64,000 bases of DNA from Alphaproteobacteria bacterium 32-64-14 (GCA_002280725.1 NCEM01000008.1:28053-92052), one strand, 5' to 3'; shown: positions 46,474 through 56,018, counted from the stretch's first letter. The notes: generated by a model from the letters alone, not told the origin. Made by a program: numbers and translations.

Positions 46474-46592
46474 GTCATCCTCGGGTAAGCGAAGCGCATC
46501 CCGGGGATCTCGGTTGGCTCGTCAGCGGAATACGACAACGTATCCCGCTGCAGGCCCCAACCGGGATTCTCGGGACAAGCCCGAGAATGACC
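46474..46592. repeat. MITE-like repeat, family B copy 2 (119 bp)
   Basis: Same length as the copy at 41694-41812 and near-identical terminal ~36 nt. The centre is diverged. Confidence 0.7.
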
Positions 46593-46620
46593 TCGCAAGT
46601 TGCAACACCGCGATCTCGCG

Positions 46621-46710
46621 CCTCGTCCTTCGACAGGCTCAGGATGAGGCGCTCTCTCGCTGTCGGTGCTTAGGCCTCATGCTGAGCCTGTCGAAGCACG
46701 AGGCCGTGCT
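46621..46710. repeat. Palindromic hairpin repeat, family A copy 1
   Basis: CCTCGTCCTTCGACAGGCTCAGGATGAGGCGCT-loop-AGGCCTCATGCTGAGCCTGTCGAAGCACGAGGCCGTGCTC. About 28-bp inverted arms. Confidence 0.7.
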
Positions 46711-46724
46711 CGCCGGTAGCTCAC

Positions 46725-47741
46725 TTACTGCGCCGCGCCCGCCGCCAACACGCGCTCGATCTCGCGCCAGTCGACGATCTTGAAGTTCTGGTCGATCTCC
46801 GCGGTCGGGTTGGCGTCGTCCTGCACGACCAGCACGCCGGCCGGAAACCCAGGCAGCGGCGCGGACGAGGCATCCAGCCCGTCCGTCACGCTCGTGCCGT
46901 CCACCTTGCCATCGGCGCTCGGGCCGATCTTGAAGACGCCCAGCGCCGCGTGTGGCGGCTTGCGATCGTAGATCACGTAGCGGTCGGCGCCCTGCGCAGA
47001 CGCCACCAGATAGCCCGCGCCGTCCGCCTTCAGATACAGCGACACGCCCTCGACATCGGCCACAAGACCCGTGCCGCTGCCGGCCTTGTCGATGCTGCGC
47101 GGGATCATATCCTCCGACAGCAGGTCCACGACCCACAGGCCAACATTTTCTTCGCCCACGAACAACCGCCCTCCGTCGTCATCGATCACACAGCCCTCGA
47201 TCTGCGAGCCAAGCTTGATCGTGCGCCGCTCCGAAATCTGCACCGGGCCAGCGCCCGTGTCGGTCACGCGCCAGAACTCCACCAGCCCGTCCTTGTAGGT
47301 GACGACCGCATTGAGGTTGCCCTGGATGCGGCCGATGCACACGCCGTAAGGCTCGATGCTGGCGAGCTTGGTATCGCCCGCATGCGTCACCATCGCCGTC
47401 GCCGGGTCGATGCGGAACCAGCTCAGTGCGTTGACGCCGTCATTGCTGGCGACCGCAAGATTGCCGCGAAGATCGACATTGTTGGACAGGCCAACCGGAA
47501 GACGCTGCTTCTCCGAGCCATCGAGCCCGTACACATAGACGCCGACATCCTTGTTGGTGCCAAGGATCAGGCTCTGCGCCGCATTGGTCGGGTGAACCCA
47601 CACGGCCGGATCATCCGCCGCATCGCCCGTCGATCCCATGCCAACCGTCTCGACGGCCGCCGGAACGACACGCGCCACAACGTTATCAGTGGCGCAGGCG
47701 CCCGCGAGCAGGAGCAGCGAAAGAGCGGCGTGCGATTTCAT
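46725..47741 (-). CDS. Beta-propeller phytase (3-phytase), lipoprotein
   Basis: Lipobox LLLAGAC, then DDPAVWVHP and EGCVIDDDGGRLFVGEENVGLWV, both characteristic BPP motifs. Confidence 0.8.
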   Translation of the reverse strand: MKSHAALSLLLLAGACATDNVVARVVPAAVETVGMGSTGDAADDPAVWVHPTNAAQSLILGTNKDVGVYVYGLDGSEKQRLPVGLSNNVDLRGNLAVASNDGVNALSWFRIDPATAMVTHAGDTKLASIEPYGVCIGRIQGNLNAVVTYKDGLVEFWRVTDTGAGPVQISERRTIKLGSQIEGCVIDDDGGRLFVGEENVGLWVVDLLSEDMIPRSIDKAGSGTGLVADVEGVSLYLKADGAGYLVASAQGADRYVIYDRKPPHAALGVFKIGPSADGKVDGTSVTDGLDASSAPLPGFPAGVLVVQDDANPTAEIDQNFKIVDWREIERVLAAGAAQ

Positions 47742-47893
47742 CTCAAGTCCTCATCAACTCGAAGAACAGGAGCAGCTCCGCCCCGGGGTCAATCAGGACG
47801 GAGCCGCATCAGGCAGGCGTCCCTGCCCTGGAACGAATAGCGTCGCGGCGGCGCCAAGGCCGGGTTAGAACGCTACTTTCAGCTTGTGCTCCA

Positions 47894-50674
47894 TCAGAAG
47901 TTGAAGCGCACGCCCATCGTGTAGCGAGGGCCAAACCGCTCGATCTCGATCGGATAGAGTTTCGAGTCCGCGTATCGTATCGCCCTTGCATCGCCGATAT
48001 TGGCGGCGTCGAAGAACATTTCCAGGTTGTCGCTCACCTGATAGCGCACGGAGAGATCAAGTTCCTCGTCGTCATCCCAGTAGATGTCACCGTTGCTGAC
48101 GGGTTGAAGGATGCCCGTCGTACCGACTAGCGCGTAGTCACCAACCGATTGACGCCACGCGGTGCGGAACTGATACGCTAGGCGCACAGAGAAATCGTAC
48201 TTCTCGTAAGTGAGCTGAAGGTTGTAGACCTCGTCCGAGGTGCCCGGCAGGGAGATGACTCGCTCTGGGCTGGCGGCGGAGGCTGAGGGGATCGTCACTT
48301 CGCTTTCGGTCCAGGTGGCCGAGGCCCCCACGCCAAAGCCGCCAAGCCAATCCGGCAGATTGTTGCGCGCCACGAGATCCTGCGCCGTCTGGGCATAGAA
48401 CACCTCGAAGCCCTGCAGCCAGCCATCGCCGCCATTGGTGATGCCGCTGAAGGTGTAGTCATCCCGGTTCGGGTTCGTCGTGGTGTTGAAATCGGCGATG
48501 CCAAACGTGCGCGACTTGAAAAACAGGACGTCGCTGATGTCCTTGTAGAAGATGCCCGCCGAGAAGAAGCCCTCCGGCTCCATGTACCATTCATAATACA
48601 AGTCGATCCCCTGCTGCTTCTCCGGCTTTGCATCAGGATTGCCGCCCGAGACCGTCTGCAGTGAGTCGTTGAAAGTCAGGTTGGGGCGCAGGTCATCGAA
48701 GTCCGGCCGCGAGGCAGACGTGGTGAGGCCGAGGCGCAGCTTCATCTCGTCATTGACGTCCCAGTTGAAGTGAGCGCTCGGATAGACCTGCACTTCGTCC
48801 TTCTCGACCGTCACGAACTGGCGGGTCGCGCCGAAGGCGGCAATCGCCGAGCCGGAATTGGTGATTTGCTCGACCCGGGCGCCGGCAACGACATTGCCCC
48901 AGTCGAAATCAAATGTTCCCATCGCGTAACCGGCAATGATCTCCTCATTGACCTTCCACCAGTTGGCGGATGTGTCGATCTGCGCCGCCACGCCCGACTT
49001 CTGGAGCATGAGCGCGTAGTCTTCCAGCGCTGACTTCGAGTGATAGCTGAAGGCATATCCCAGCGCGTTGTCGGCGAGATAAGGCTTCTTCAGGAACAGG
49101 TTGCTCCAGGAAGCAGTCGGCCCGGTCGCGAGGATTTCCGGCGGGGTCAGGCCGGCCGAAACCAACCGCGCGCGCGTGGCTTCCCATACCTGTTCGTCAG
49201 ATTTCTTGATGCGGTTCGTGTACATGAAGCCGGTCGCGAAATCGACCGGGATGCCGGCGAGGTCAAACTCGTTGCTGGCGTCGAACTTGAAAGTCGCGGC
49301 CTGCGTTTCGTCGCCGCCAGTGCGGCGCTGGATCGCCAGAAAGTCCCAGCGCAGGTCGTCGACCGAGTTGATCGGCGTTCCCAAGGAGCGCGTCGCGCCG
49401 GCGGCCACCGTGCGATAGAGGCGGACGACATGATCTCTCGGGTTGGTGAAATCGTACACAATCGAGGGACGATCCGCCGCACTCGACGGGCTCTGCCACG
49501 TTGGCAGCGCAGGGCCGTCGCGGCCGTCGGCTGTGTAGGTATAGTTGAGACGCCAGGACAGATCCCAGCCAAACATGTCGCCGTGCTCACCGCCAATGGT
49601 GGAAGTGTAAATGTCTTCCTCTGACTCAAGCGAGTTGGTGTTCACGTTGAGGCGCGCACCATAAACCGTGCCCGTGAACGGCAGTATCGTCCCGTTGTCG
49701 CGCGCTGTGTTGAAGGACTGGCCCGCAGCGTTGGCGCCCTGGTCGAAACGGAAGATGTAGTTCGAGCGAAGCTCTTCGTCTGTGTAGTTGGTCCACACGG
49801 TATTCCAGAACACCGCGTTGTCGTCGTCGATCTCGTAGTCTGCGCGGAAGGACAGCGACTGGTTTTCACGTGTGAGCCGATAGAGCTTGTTCTCAAATTC
49901 GCGGGCAACCCGATCCGTCGGGCGCGCGGCGCGCGGCTGAAGATAGGGGTCTGTTTCCTGGTTTTCGGTCACCATGTTGCGGCGGTAGTAGGAGCCTTGC
50001 GCGAGAAGGCCGAGTTTCCCATCGAGGAAGCGGTCCGAGATCACGAAGTTGCCATCGAACTCCTCGCCGCCGCCCAGCGAGACAAGGCCAAGCGCCAGCT
50101 TGCCCTTGATGGTAAGACCGTCATTGTCGAACGCTGAACGGGTAACAATGTTGACGTTGCCCGCCACGGTGTCACCCGGCATGTTGGGCGTGATTGCCTT
50201 TGATACGATGACCTGTTTCGAGAGCGCCGACGGTATGTTGTCGAAGCGCGTCGCGCGGCCTTCCGGCGATACGATCGGCAATCCGTCGAAAGACAGGGTT
50301 GTCCAGTAGTTCGGCGTGCCGCGCAGGTTCACATAGCGCGCCTGGCCTTGATCACGCTCAAGACCGACTCCCGGCAGGCGGCCAATCGCGAAGGCGATGT
50401 TCTGGTCGGGAAGGTTGCCAATGGCGTCGGCTGAAAGCACCGACACGATCGAATCAGACTTGCGCTGGATCTCAAGCGACGCGGCTGCCGATTCTGCGAG
50501 CGGGCGGCGGCCAGTGATGACGACGCGATCTTCATCGGCCGGCTCTTCCACTGGAGCTGCGCTCTGATCCACCGTCGCAGGAGCCGTCTGGGCGAAGGCC
50601 GGCTGGATCGCCGCCAATGAGATCGCCGCGCCTGCAACGCCGGCCAGGTGTGCGGCCTTCAGCTTCTTCGCCAT
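47894..50674 (-). CDS. TonB-dependent receptor
   Basis: Signal peptide, plug domain (DRVVITG..., NLPDQNIAFAIGRLPGV, YVNLRGT), a barrel of about 700 aa and the terminal ...YTMGVRFNF. Confidence 0.9.
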   Translation of the reverse strand: MAKKLKAAHLAGVAGAAISLAAIQPAFAQTAPATVDQSAAPVEEPADEDRVVITGRRPLAESAAASLEIQRKSDSIVSVLSADAIGNLPDQNIAFAIGRLPGVGLERDQGQARYVNLRGTPNYWTTLSFDGLPIVSPEGRATRFDNIPSALSKQVIVSKAITPNMPGDTVAGNVNIVTRSAFDNDGLTIKGKLALGLVSLGGGEEFDGNFVISDRFLDGKLGLLAQGSYYRRNMVTENQETDPYLQPRAARPTDRVAREFENKLYRLTRENQSLSFRADYEIDDDNAVFWNTVWTNYTDEELRSNYIFRFDQGANAAGQSFNTARDNGTILPFTGTVYGARLNVNTNSLESEEDIYTSTIGGEHGDMFGWDLSWRLNYTYTADGRDGPALPTWQSPSSAADRPSIVYDFTNPRDHVVRLYRTVAAGATRSLGTPINSVDDLRWDFLAIQRRTGGDETQAATFKFDASNEFDLAGIPVDFATGFMYTNRIKKSDEQVWEATRARLVSAGLTPPEILATGPTASWSNLFLKKPYLADNALGYAFSYHSKSALEDYALMLQKSGVAAQIDTSANWWKVNEEIIAGYAMGTFDFDWGNVVAGARVEQITNSGSAIAAFGATRQFVTVEKDEVQVYPSAHFNWDVNDEMKLRLGLTTSASRPDFDDLRPNLTFNDSLQTVSGGNPDAKPEKQQGIDLYYEWYMEPEGFFSAGIFYKDISDVLFFKSRTFGIADFNTTTNPNRDDYTFSGITNGGDGWLQGFEVFYAQTAQDLVARNNLPDWLGGFGVGASATWTESEVTIPSASAASPERVISLPGTSDEVYNLQLTYEKYDFSVRLAYQFRTAWRQSVGDYALVGTTGILQPVSNGDIYWDDDEELDLSVRYQVSDNLEMFFDAANIGDARAIRYADSKLYPIEIERFGPRYTMGVRFNF

Positions 50675-50723
50675 TTGGGAAACCCTTCCATCCGTTCGAT
50701 GGGCGGGGCTCTAGTGATGAGTC

Positions 50724-50741
50724 ATGACAGGCGGCCAACAG
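50724..50741 (-). promoter_or_regulatory. Candidate Pho box (CTGTTGG-CCGC-CTGTCAT)
   Basis: Two 7-mers at 11-bp periodicity on the minus strand, about 50 nt upstream of the TonB-dependent receptor ATG. The second half matches the CTGTCAT consensus half-site exactly; the first matches 5 of 7. Confidence 0.3.
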
Positions 50742-50839
50742 ATATGTTGCGGTTGCATGACGCCTCGCGCCTGTGCTTTTGCGGACGCGCCATGCGAAGA
50801 GGCGATTGCGACAGAAACGCGACAACGCTATGAGGCGCC

Positions 50840-51535
50840 ATGCCCATACAGATCATTGGAATCGATGCGGACGACACCCTCTGGCACAACGAGCCGGTGT
50901 TCCGTCTCACGCACAAACGCTTCAACGAATTGCTTGGGGATTTCGCGGGCGAAGACGCGCTGGAAGCGAAACTGGCCGCCGTTGAACGCGAGAACATGAA
51001 GTCCTACGGCTACGGCGCAAAAGGCTTCACGCTGTCGATGCTCCAGACCGCGATGGAGGTCTCCGAGGGCAATGTCTCAACCAAAGTGCTGAAAGAGATT
51101 CTCGACGCCGGACGCGAGATGATGACGCATCCGATCGAACCCTTGCCCGGAGTCGAGGAAGCTCTCAAACAGTTGAAGGATCGCGGCCGTCTCGTCCTCA
51201 TCACGAAGGGCGATCTGTTCCATCAGGAATCAAAACTCGCGGCCTCCGGCCTCGGCTCGCATTTCTCCGGCGTCGAGATCGTGTCGGAGAAGACGCCGGA
51301 GATTTACACCAAGGCCTTCGCCCGCCATGGCGGCGCGGCCGAGACATCCCTGATGACCGGCAACTCCGTGAAGTCCGATATCCTGCCCATGCTGAAAGCA
51401 GGCGGTTACGCCGCTCTGATCCCCTATCCGCTGGTCTGGTGGGCGGAAGCCGCCGAGAAGCCCGACGGCCACCCGAAATACCGCGAGGTCGCCGCGCTCG
51501 CCCTCGTCAACCAGTGGCTCGACGAGATCGGCTAG
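50840..51535 (+). CDS. HAD-superfamily hydrolase
   Basis: Motif I IGIDADDTLWH, motif II LITKG, motif III/IV K...GNSVKSD. Confidence 0.8.
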   Translation: MPIQIIGIDADDTLWHNEPVFRLTHKRFNELLGDFAGEDALEAKLAAVERENMKSYGYGAKGFTLSMLQTAMEVSEGNVSTKVLKEILDAGREMMTHPIEPLPGVEEALKQLKDRGRLVLITKGDLFHQESKLAASGLGSHFSGVEIVSEKTPEIYTKAFARHGGAAETSLMTGNSVKSDILPMLKAGGYAALIPYPLVWWAEAAEKPDGHPKYREVAALALVNQWLDEIG

Positions 51536-51550
51536 CGTCCGCAAGCCCGC

Positions 51551-51645
51551 GCCGCATCCTTCGACAGGCTCAGGATGAGGCGCTAAGCAACATGGGTGGG
51601 AAAGGCCTCATCCTGAGCCTGTCGAAGGACGAGGCCGTGCTCACC
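51551..51645. repeat. Palindromic hairpin repeat, family A copy 2
   Basis: GCCGCATCCTTCGACAGGCTCAGGATGAGGCGCT-loop-GGCCTCATCCTGAGCCTGTCGAAGGACGAGGCCGTGCTCAC. Confidence 0.7.
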
Positions 51646-51654
51646 GGCGCCAGC

Positions 51655-52137
51655 CTACTCCACTGCCGCCCGCAGCTTGTCCCGCAGGCCCGCAACCGAC
51701 CCCCGCAGCCGCCAAATCTGCTCCACCGACATGCCAGCAGCTTCCAGCAGCTTGCCCGGAATGCACGACGCTTCCTTCAGCAGCTCGCGCCCCTTCCCCG
51801 TCAGCGACACATGCACCTGCCGCTCATCCTCCGCGCCGCGCGCCCGCGTCACAAACCCCGCCGCTTCCAGCCGCTTGATCAGCGGCGTCAGCGTGTTCGA
51901 TTCAAGAAACAGCAGCTCGCCCAACTCCCCCACGCCCTGCTCATCGGTCTCCCACAGCGCCATCATCACGAGATACTGCGGATAGGTGAGCCCCAGCGGA
52001 TCGAGGATCGGCTTGTAGACGCGGTTGAACGCCAGCCCCGCCGAATACACGGCAAAGCACAGCGACTGGTCCAAAAGGGGCTGTATGCCCCCGGCGGGAA
52101 TTTTCGGCATCGGTTTCGGATCGGGTTTCCTGCTCAT
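51655..52137 (-). CDS. ohrR: MarR-family organic hydroperoxide sensor/repressor OhrR
   Basis: Sensing Cys in LLDQSLCFAVYS, a winged HTH (LGLTYPQYLVMMALWE...) and divergent orientation to ohr. Confidence 0.85.
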   Translation of the reverse strand: MSRKPDPKPMPKIPAGGIQPLLDQSLCFAVYSAGLAFNRVYKPILDPLGLTYPQYLVMMALWETDEQGVGELGELLFLESNTLTPLIKRLEAAGFVTRARGAEDERQVHVSLTGKGRELLKEASCIPGKLLEAAGMSVEQIWRLRGSVAGLRDKLRAAVE

Positions 52138-52149
52138 GCCCTCAAAATA

Positions 52150-52225
52150 AATCGCGCGCGATTAAATCGCAAGGCTTGACCGGCCCGCCGAGCAAGCATA
52201 ATTCAATCGCACGCGATCAAATCGC
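52150..52225. promoter_or_regulatory. Two copies of a 21-bp unit AATCGC(G/A)CGCGAT(T/C)AAATCGC; candidate OhrR operators flanking a TTGACC...CATAAT promoter
   Basis: Copies at 52150-52170 (containing the perfect palindrome AATCGCGCGCGATT) and 52205-52225. TTGACC at 52176 and CATAAT at 52197 lie between them, in the ohrR-ohr divergent region. Confidence 0.4.
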
Positions 52226-52260
52226 CAACGATATTTATTTCGCAAACAAGGAAATCCACG

Positions 52261-52686
52261 ATGTCCGTGAAAGTCGTCTACACCACCACCGCCACCGCAA
52301 CGGGCGGCCGCGATGGCACAGCCCGCACCAATGATGGCGCGCTCGAAGTTGCCCTCGCCCTGCCGAAAGAGCTGGGCGGCAACGGCAAGGGCAACAACCC
52401 GGAACAGCTGTTCGCGGCCGGCTACGCCGCCTGCTTCATCGGCGCGATGAAAGCCGTCGCCGCGGGTGGCAAGCACGCTAAAGTCCCCGCTGACGCCACC
52501 GTCGCCGCCACCGTCGGCATCGGCCCGCGCGAGCCCAAGGGCTTCGGTCTCACCGTGAAGCTCGACGTGACGCTCCCCGGCGTCGACCGCGCCGCCGCCG
52601 AAGCGCTGGTGCACGAGGCCCACGAAGTCTGCCCCTACTCCAACGCCACACGCGGCAACATCGACGTCGCGCTGAACGTTCTCTGA
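52261..52686 (+). CDS. ohr: Organic hydroperoxide resistance protein Ohr
   Basis: 141 aa OsmC/Ohr fold with both catalytic Cys contexts (AAGYAACF and VCPYSNATRGN). Confidence 0.9.
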   Translation: MSVKVVYTTTATATGGRDGTARTNDGALEVALALPKELGGNGKGNNPEQLFAAGYAACFIGAMKAVAAGGKHAKVPADATVAATVGIGPREPKGFGLTVKLDVTLPGVDRAAAEALVHEAHEVCPYSNATRGNIDVALNVL

Positions 52687-52716
52687 TTGAATGTACGTGG
52701 GGGACGAGCGTGGCAC

Positions 52717-52854
52717 GCGCTCGTCCTTCGACGGACACACGCTTCGCGTGCTGCTCAGGATGAGCGCTCCCAGCATTCACGATCAGGGCCAATCAGGCGC
52801 GTAGCGCTCATGGTGAGCAGGCGGCGCAGCCGCCGTCCATCGAACCACGAGCGC
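52717..52854. repeat. Degenerate, expanded family A-like palindrome
   Basis: Nested inverted arms GCGCTCGTCCTTCGACGG...GCTCAGGATGAGCGCT // AGCGCTCATGGTGAGC...CCGTCCATCGAACCACGAGCGC. The left edge also forms a hairpin (52702-52726) directly after ohr. Confidence 0.4.
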
Positions 52855-52871
52855 GTGCTGGCAGACGCCAG

Positions 52872-53498
52872 CTACTGCGCCTTCTTCTCCTGCCCAAGCC
52901 CCATCACTGACCCGCTGGCCAGCACGTGCCCCTTCAGCGGTTCGATCAGTTCGGCATAGCTCTTCGGCGCAAAGTCCGCCGGCAGCAGTGTGTCCAGCGC
53001 GAAGACCTGGATGTGATAGCGATGCTTCGGCCCCGGCGGCGTGCGCGGCCCGAGATAGGGCTGCGTCGCGCCCTTGTAGTTCGGCCCATAGATAGACCCC
53101 GCCGGCTTCTCTTCAGGTTTCATCCCCACCTTCAACGACGTTTGCGAGGCGGGAATGTTCACGATCGACCAGTGCAGGATCGGCGCGCCGCGTGCGACGA
53201 AGTCGGTATCCTGCATGATGATCGCATAGCTCTGCGTGCCCTCAGGCCCATCGGTCCAGTGCAGGCCGGGGAATTCGTTCCCTTCATATTGCGTGTACTT
53301 GAACGGTATGTCGCCGCCCGCCGGCCATCCGCCGGACATCACGTCGATCTGCTTGAATTCATCTGACGTCGCCGGCAGCGTCACGATGGCGGCGAGATCC
53401 TTGCCCGCCTCAACCGCCGGGGGCGGTGGCGCGCCCTGCGCAAGAGCGGGCGCAGTAAATGCCGTCGCCAGTGCGGCGGCAATCAGGAGCTTCTTCAT
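52872..53498 (-). CDS. YbhB/YbcL-family PEBP (Raf kinase inhibitor-like) protein, secreted
   Basis: Signal MKKLLIAAALATAFTAPALAQG (ATG 53498, GGGAAGGA RBS). PEBP motifs: HWSIVNIP and PPGPKHRYHIQVFALD. Confidence 0.8.
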   Translation of the reverse strand: MKKLLIAAALATAFTAPALAQGAPPPPAVEAGKDLAAIVTLPATSDEFKQIDVMSGGWPAGGDIPFKYTQYEGNEFPGLHWTDGPEGTQSYAIIMQDTDFVARGAPILHWSIVNIPASQTSLKVGMKPEEKPAGSIYGPNYKGATQPYLGPRTPPGPKHRYHIQVFALDTLLPADFAPKSYAELIEPLKGHVLASGSVMGLGQEKKAQ

Positions 53499-53533
53499 TG
53501 TCGTTCCTTCCCTATGGCTCTTCCCGGCCACCC

Positions 53534-54781
53534 TTATGATTTCGGCACGACCTTCAGCAGCCGCGCATTCGGGCCATCGGTCAGCAGGTACAGCGCGCCA
53601 TCCGGCCCAACGCCGATGTCGCGATAACGGTCGCGCTCACGGTCGGAAAAGCTGAAGCGCTCCTCGCCCTTCACCTTTTCGCCCTCAACGCTCAGGCGGG
53701 CGACGAAGCTGGAGTTGAGACCCGCCGCGAACACGCTGCCCTTCCACGCGGGGAACAGGTTGGCGTTGTAATAGGTGAGCCCGCCCGGCGCGATCACCGG
53801 GTCCCAGTAGTAGAGCGGCTGTTCCATCCCAGCCTTGGCCGTGGCGCCCTCGCCGATCTTGCGCAGCGTGCCGCCATACTCGACGCCATACGTGATGGTG
53901 GGCCAGCCATAGTCCCTGCCCTTGCGCGCGATGTTGATCTCGTCGCCGCCCTGCGGCCCGTGCTCAAGCTCCCACAGATCGCCCGTCGCCGGATGCAGGA
54001 ACGCGCCCTGCACGTTGCGGTGGCCATAGCTCCAGATTTCCGGCAGCGCGCCATCCTTCGATCCGGCGAACGGATTGTCCTTCGGGATCGAACCATCCGT
54101 GTTGATGCGCACGATCTTGCCGAGCCCGCTCTTGAGATCCTGCGCCTGCACGCGGCCAGGCAGCACAGACCGCTCGCCCAGCGTGACGAACAGCGTGCCG
54201 TCCTTGGCGAACACGAGACGCGAACCGAAATGCAGGTTGGATTGCAGCGCCGGCGTCTGGCGCCAGATCACCTTGACGTTCTCGATCTTCGGCTGCGCGC
54301 CATCGACCAGCTTGCCAGATGCAACGGCCGTATTATTCGTCCCGTCGCTCTTCGGCTCGGCATAGCTCCAGTAGATGATCTGGTTGGTCGCGAATTTCGG
54401 ATCGAGCGCCACGTCCAGCAGACCGCCCTGCCCAAGCGCATGCACGGCCGGCACGCCATCCTTGATCGGCGGCGACAGCTTGCCGTCCTTGTCCGCAATG
54501 CGGAACTGGCCAGCCAACCGCTCCGTGATCAGGAACTTGCCGCCCGGCAGGAACTCCACCGCCCACGGGCTCGCAATCCCCGAGGCGACAACCTCCTTCA
54601 CATCATACGCCACATTGGATTTCACCTCCGGCGCGCGCGTCTGTCCCGGGAAGGCCGGCTTGTACGCGGCCTGGTTCGTCGGGCGCGTCTCGACCGCAGC
54701 GGGCGGCTGGGCAATCGCAACCAGGCTTGCTCCAGCGGCAATGGCGGCGGCTGACAGGGCAATCATGAGACGGGCGCGCAT
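53534..54781 (-). CDS. Soluble PQQ-dependent sugar (aldose/sorbosone) dehydrogenase, YliI-like
   Basis: Signal peptide plus a six-bladed propeller pattern ([64 protein letters not shown]). Confidence 0.85.
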   Translation of the reverse strand: MRARLMIALSAAAIAAGASLVAIAQPPAAVETRPTNQAAYKPAFPGQTRAPEVKSNVAYDVKEVVASGIASPWAVEFLPGGKFLITERLAGQFRIADKDGKLSPPIKDGVPAVHALGQGGLLDVALDPKFATNQIIYWSYAEPKSDGTNNTAVASGKLVDGAQPKIENVKVIWRQTPALQSNLHFGSRLVFAKDGTLFVTLGERSVLPGRVQAQDLKSGLGKIVRINTDGSIPKDNPFAGSKDGALPEIWSYGHRNVQGAFLHPATGDLWELEHGPQGGDEINIARKGRDYGWPTITYGVEYGGTLRKIGEGATAKAGMEQPLYYWDPVIAPGGLTYYNANLFPAWKGSVFAAGLNSSFVARLSVEGEKVKGEERFSFSDRERDRYRDIGVGPDGALYLLTDGPNARLLKVVPKS

Positions 54782-54931
54782 GGATCAGGAGCTCCTGAGA
54801 AATTCCGGTTCAGGCCTCTAGGTAGTCCGGTTTGCCCGGCCGTACACCCGGAACCTGCATCACGGCGGCGCGAGCCCCTTGCCCGCAAGCGAACTCCTCA
54901 TCATTTTGAGGCCTCCGCCACGGAGCCTCCG

Positions 54932-55513
54932 ATGCGCTTCCTTCTTGCCATTCTCGCCCTGATCCTCGCGCCTGCCGCCTTCGCACAGAAGACCGAGCAG
55001 GCCGTTTTTGCAGGCGGCTGCTTCTGGTGCATGGAAAGCGACATGCAGGGCCTGCCCGGCGTCATCTCCGTCGAGTCGGGCTACACCGGCGGCGCCGAAC
55101 GCCATCCGAAATACAAGGACGTCGCGCGCCAGCAGACCGGCCACTACGAATCCGTGCGCGTCACCTTCGATCCCGCGAAGATGACGTACGAGCAGCTGCT
55201 CACCCGCTTCTGGCCGCTGATCGATCCCACCGACGATGGCGGCCAGTTCTGCGACCGCGGCCGCTCATATCTCCCGGCCATCTTCGTGACGCCTGACCAG
55301 AAAGCGGCAGCGCAAGCCTCGAAGCAGAAGATCATCGCCTCAGGCCGTGTGAACGGCGAAGTCAAAGTCCCCATCCTCCCCCTCGGCGAATTCTGGCCCG
55401 CCGAGGAAGAACACCGCAACTTCGCCAAGCGCAACGCCGACTACTACGCCGCCTACCGCCGCGGCTGCCAACGCGACGTGATCCTGCGTCAGGTGTGGAA
55501 GCCGGTGAGCTAA
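54932..55513 (+). CDS. msrA: Peptide-methionine (S)-S-oxide reductase MsrA with N-terminal signal peptide
   Basis: MRFLLAILALILAPAAFA-Q followed by the catalytic motif AVFAGGCFWCMES and GYTGG. Confidence 0.9.
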   Translation: MRFLLAILALILAPAAFAQKTEQAVFAGGCFWCMESDMQGLPGVISVESGYTGGAERHPKYKDVARQQTGHYESVRVTFDPAKMTYEQLLTRFWPLIDPTDDGGQFCDRGRSYLPAIFVTPDQKAAAQASKQKIIASGRVNGEVKVPILPLGEFWPAEEEHRNFAKRNADYYAAYRRGCQRDVILRQVWKPVS

Positions 55514-55616
55514 GTATCGAGGTACCGGTCGGGATCCAGGGCAGATTGCGATCCTTGTCCCACCTTGCAGCTTCATCCCCACCCAGAACTTAACTGGGGG
55601 GCCCAACTCACACCCC

Positions 55617-56018
55617 TCACCCCGCTCGCTTCGGCCCCTCCGGCCGCGAGCCGACGAACAGCGCGCTTGCCAGCAGGCACAGGCCGATCACCCACATCCA
55701 CACCGGCTCCATGTGTGCAAACAGCACGATCACGAACGACAGTATCATCGAGCCGATTGCGATGAACTTGATCTTGCGTGGAATGGCCCCATGCTGGCGC
55801 CAGGCCACCACCGTCGGCCCAAAGCGCGGATGGTTCACCAGCCACGCCTCCAGCTTGGGCGATGACCGCGCAAAGCATCCCGCTGCGAGGATCAGGAAGA
55901 TCGTTCCCGGCCAACCGGGCGCAATCACGCCCACTATCCCCACCCCGGTCAGCACAAGGCCGAGCAGGAAGAAGAACGGGCGCAACAGCGGATGGCCCTT
56001 TCGCGGTGCGTCAGTCAT
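55617..56018 (-). CDS. YbaN-family (DUF454) inner-membrane protein
   Basis: GIVGVIAPGWPGTIFLILAAGCFARSSPKLEAWLVNHPRFGP is the typical DUF454 core. Confidence 0.75.
   Translation of the reverse strand: MTDAPRKGHPLLRPFFFLLGLVLTGVGIVGVIAPGWPGTIFLILAAGCFARSSPKLEAWLVNHPRFGPTVVAWRQHGAIPRKIKFIAIGSMILSFVIVLFAHMEPVWMWVIGLCLLASALFVGSRPEGPKRAG

Noticed and set aside
46472-46783. ORFs translating through the repeats (for example 46472..46783, 51439..52179 and the 5' part of 59642..60964), giving recurring peptides ...LRQAQDEAL...LILSLSKDEAVL...
   Set aside because: The recurring peptide is the translation of the family A/B palindromic DNA repeats. The copies lie between stop codons of real genes and differ in frame context, so the conservation is at the DNA or RNA structure level.
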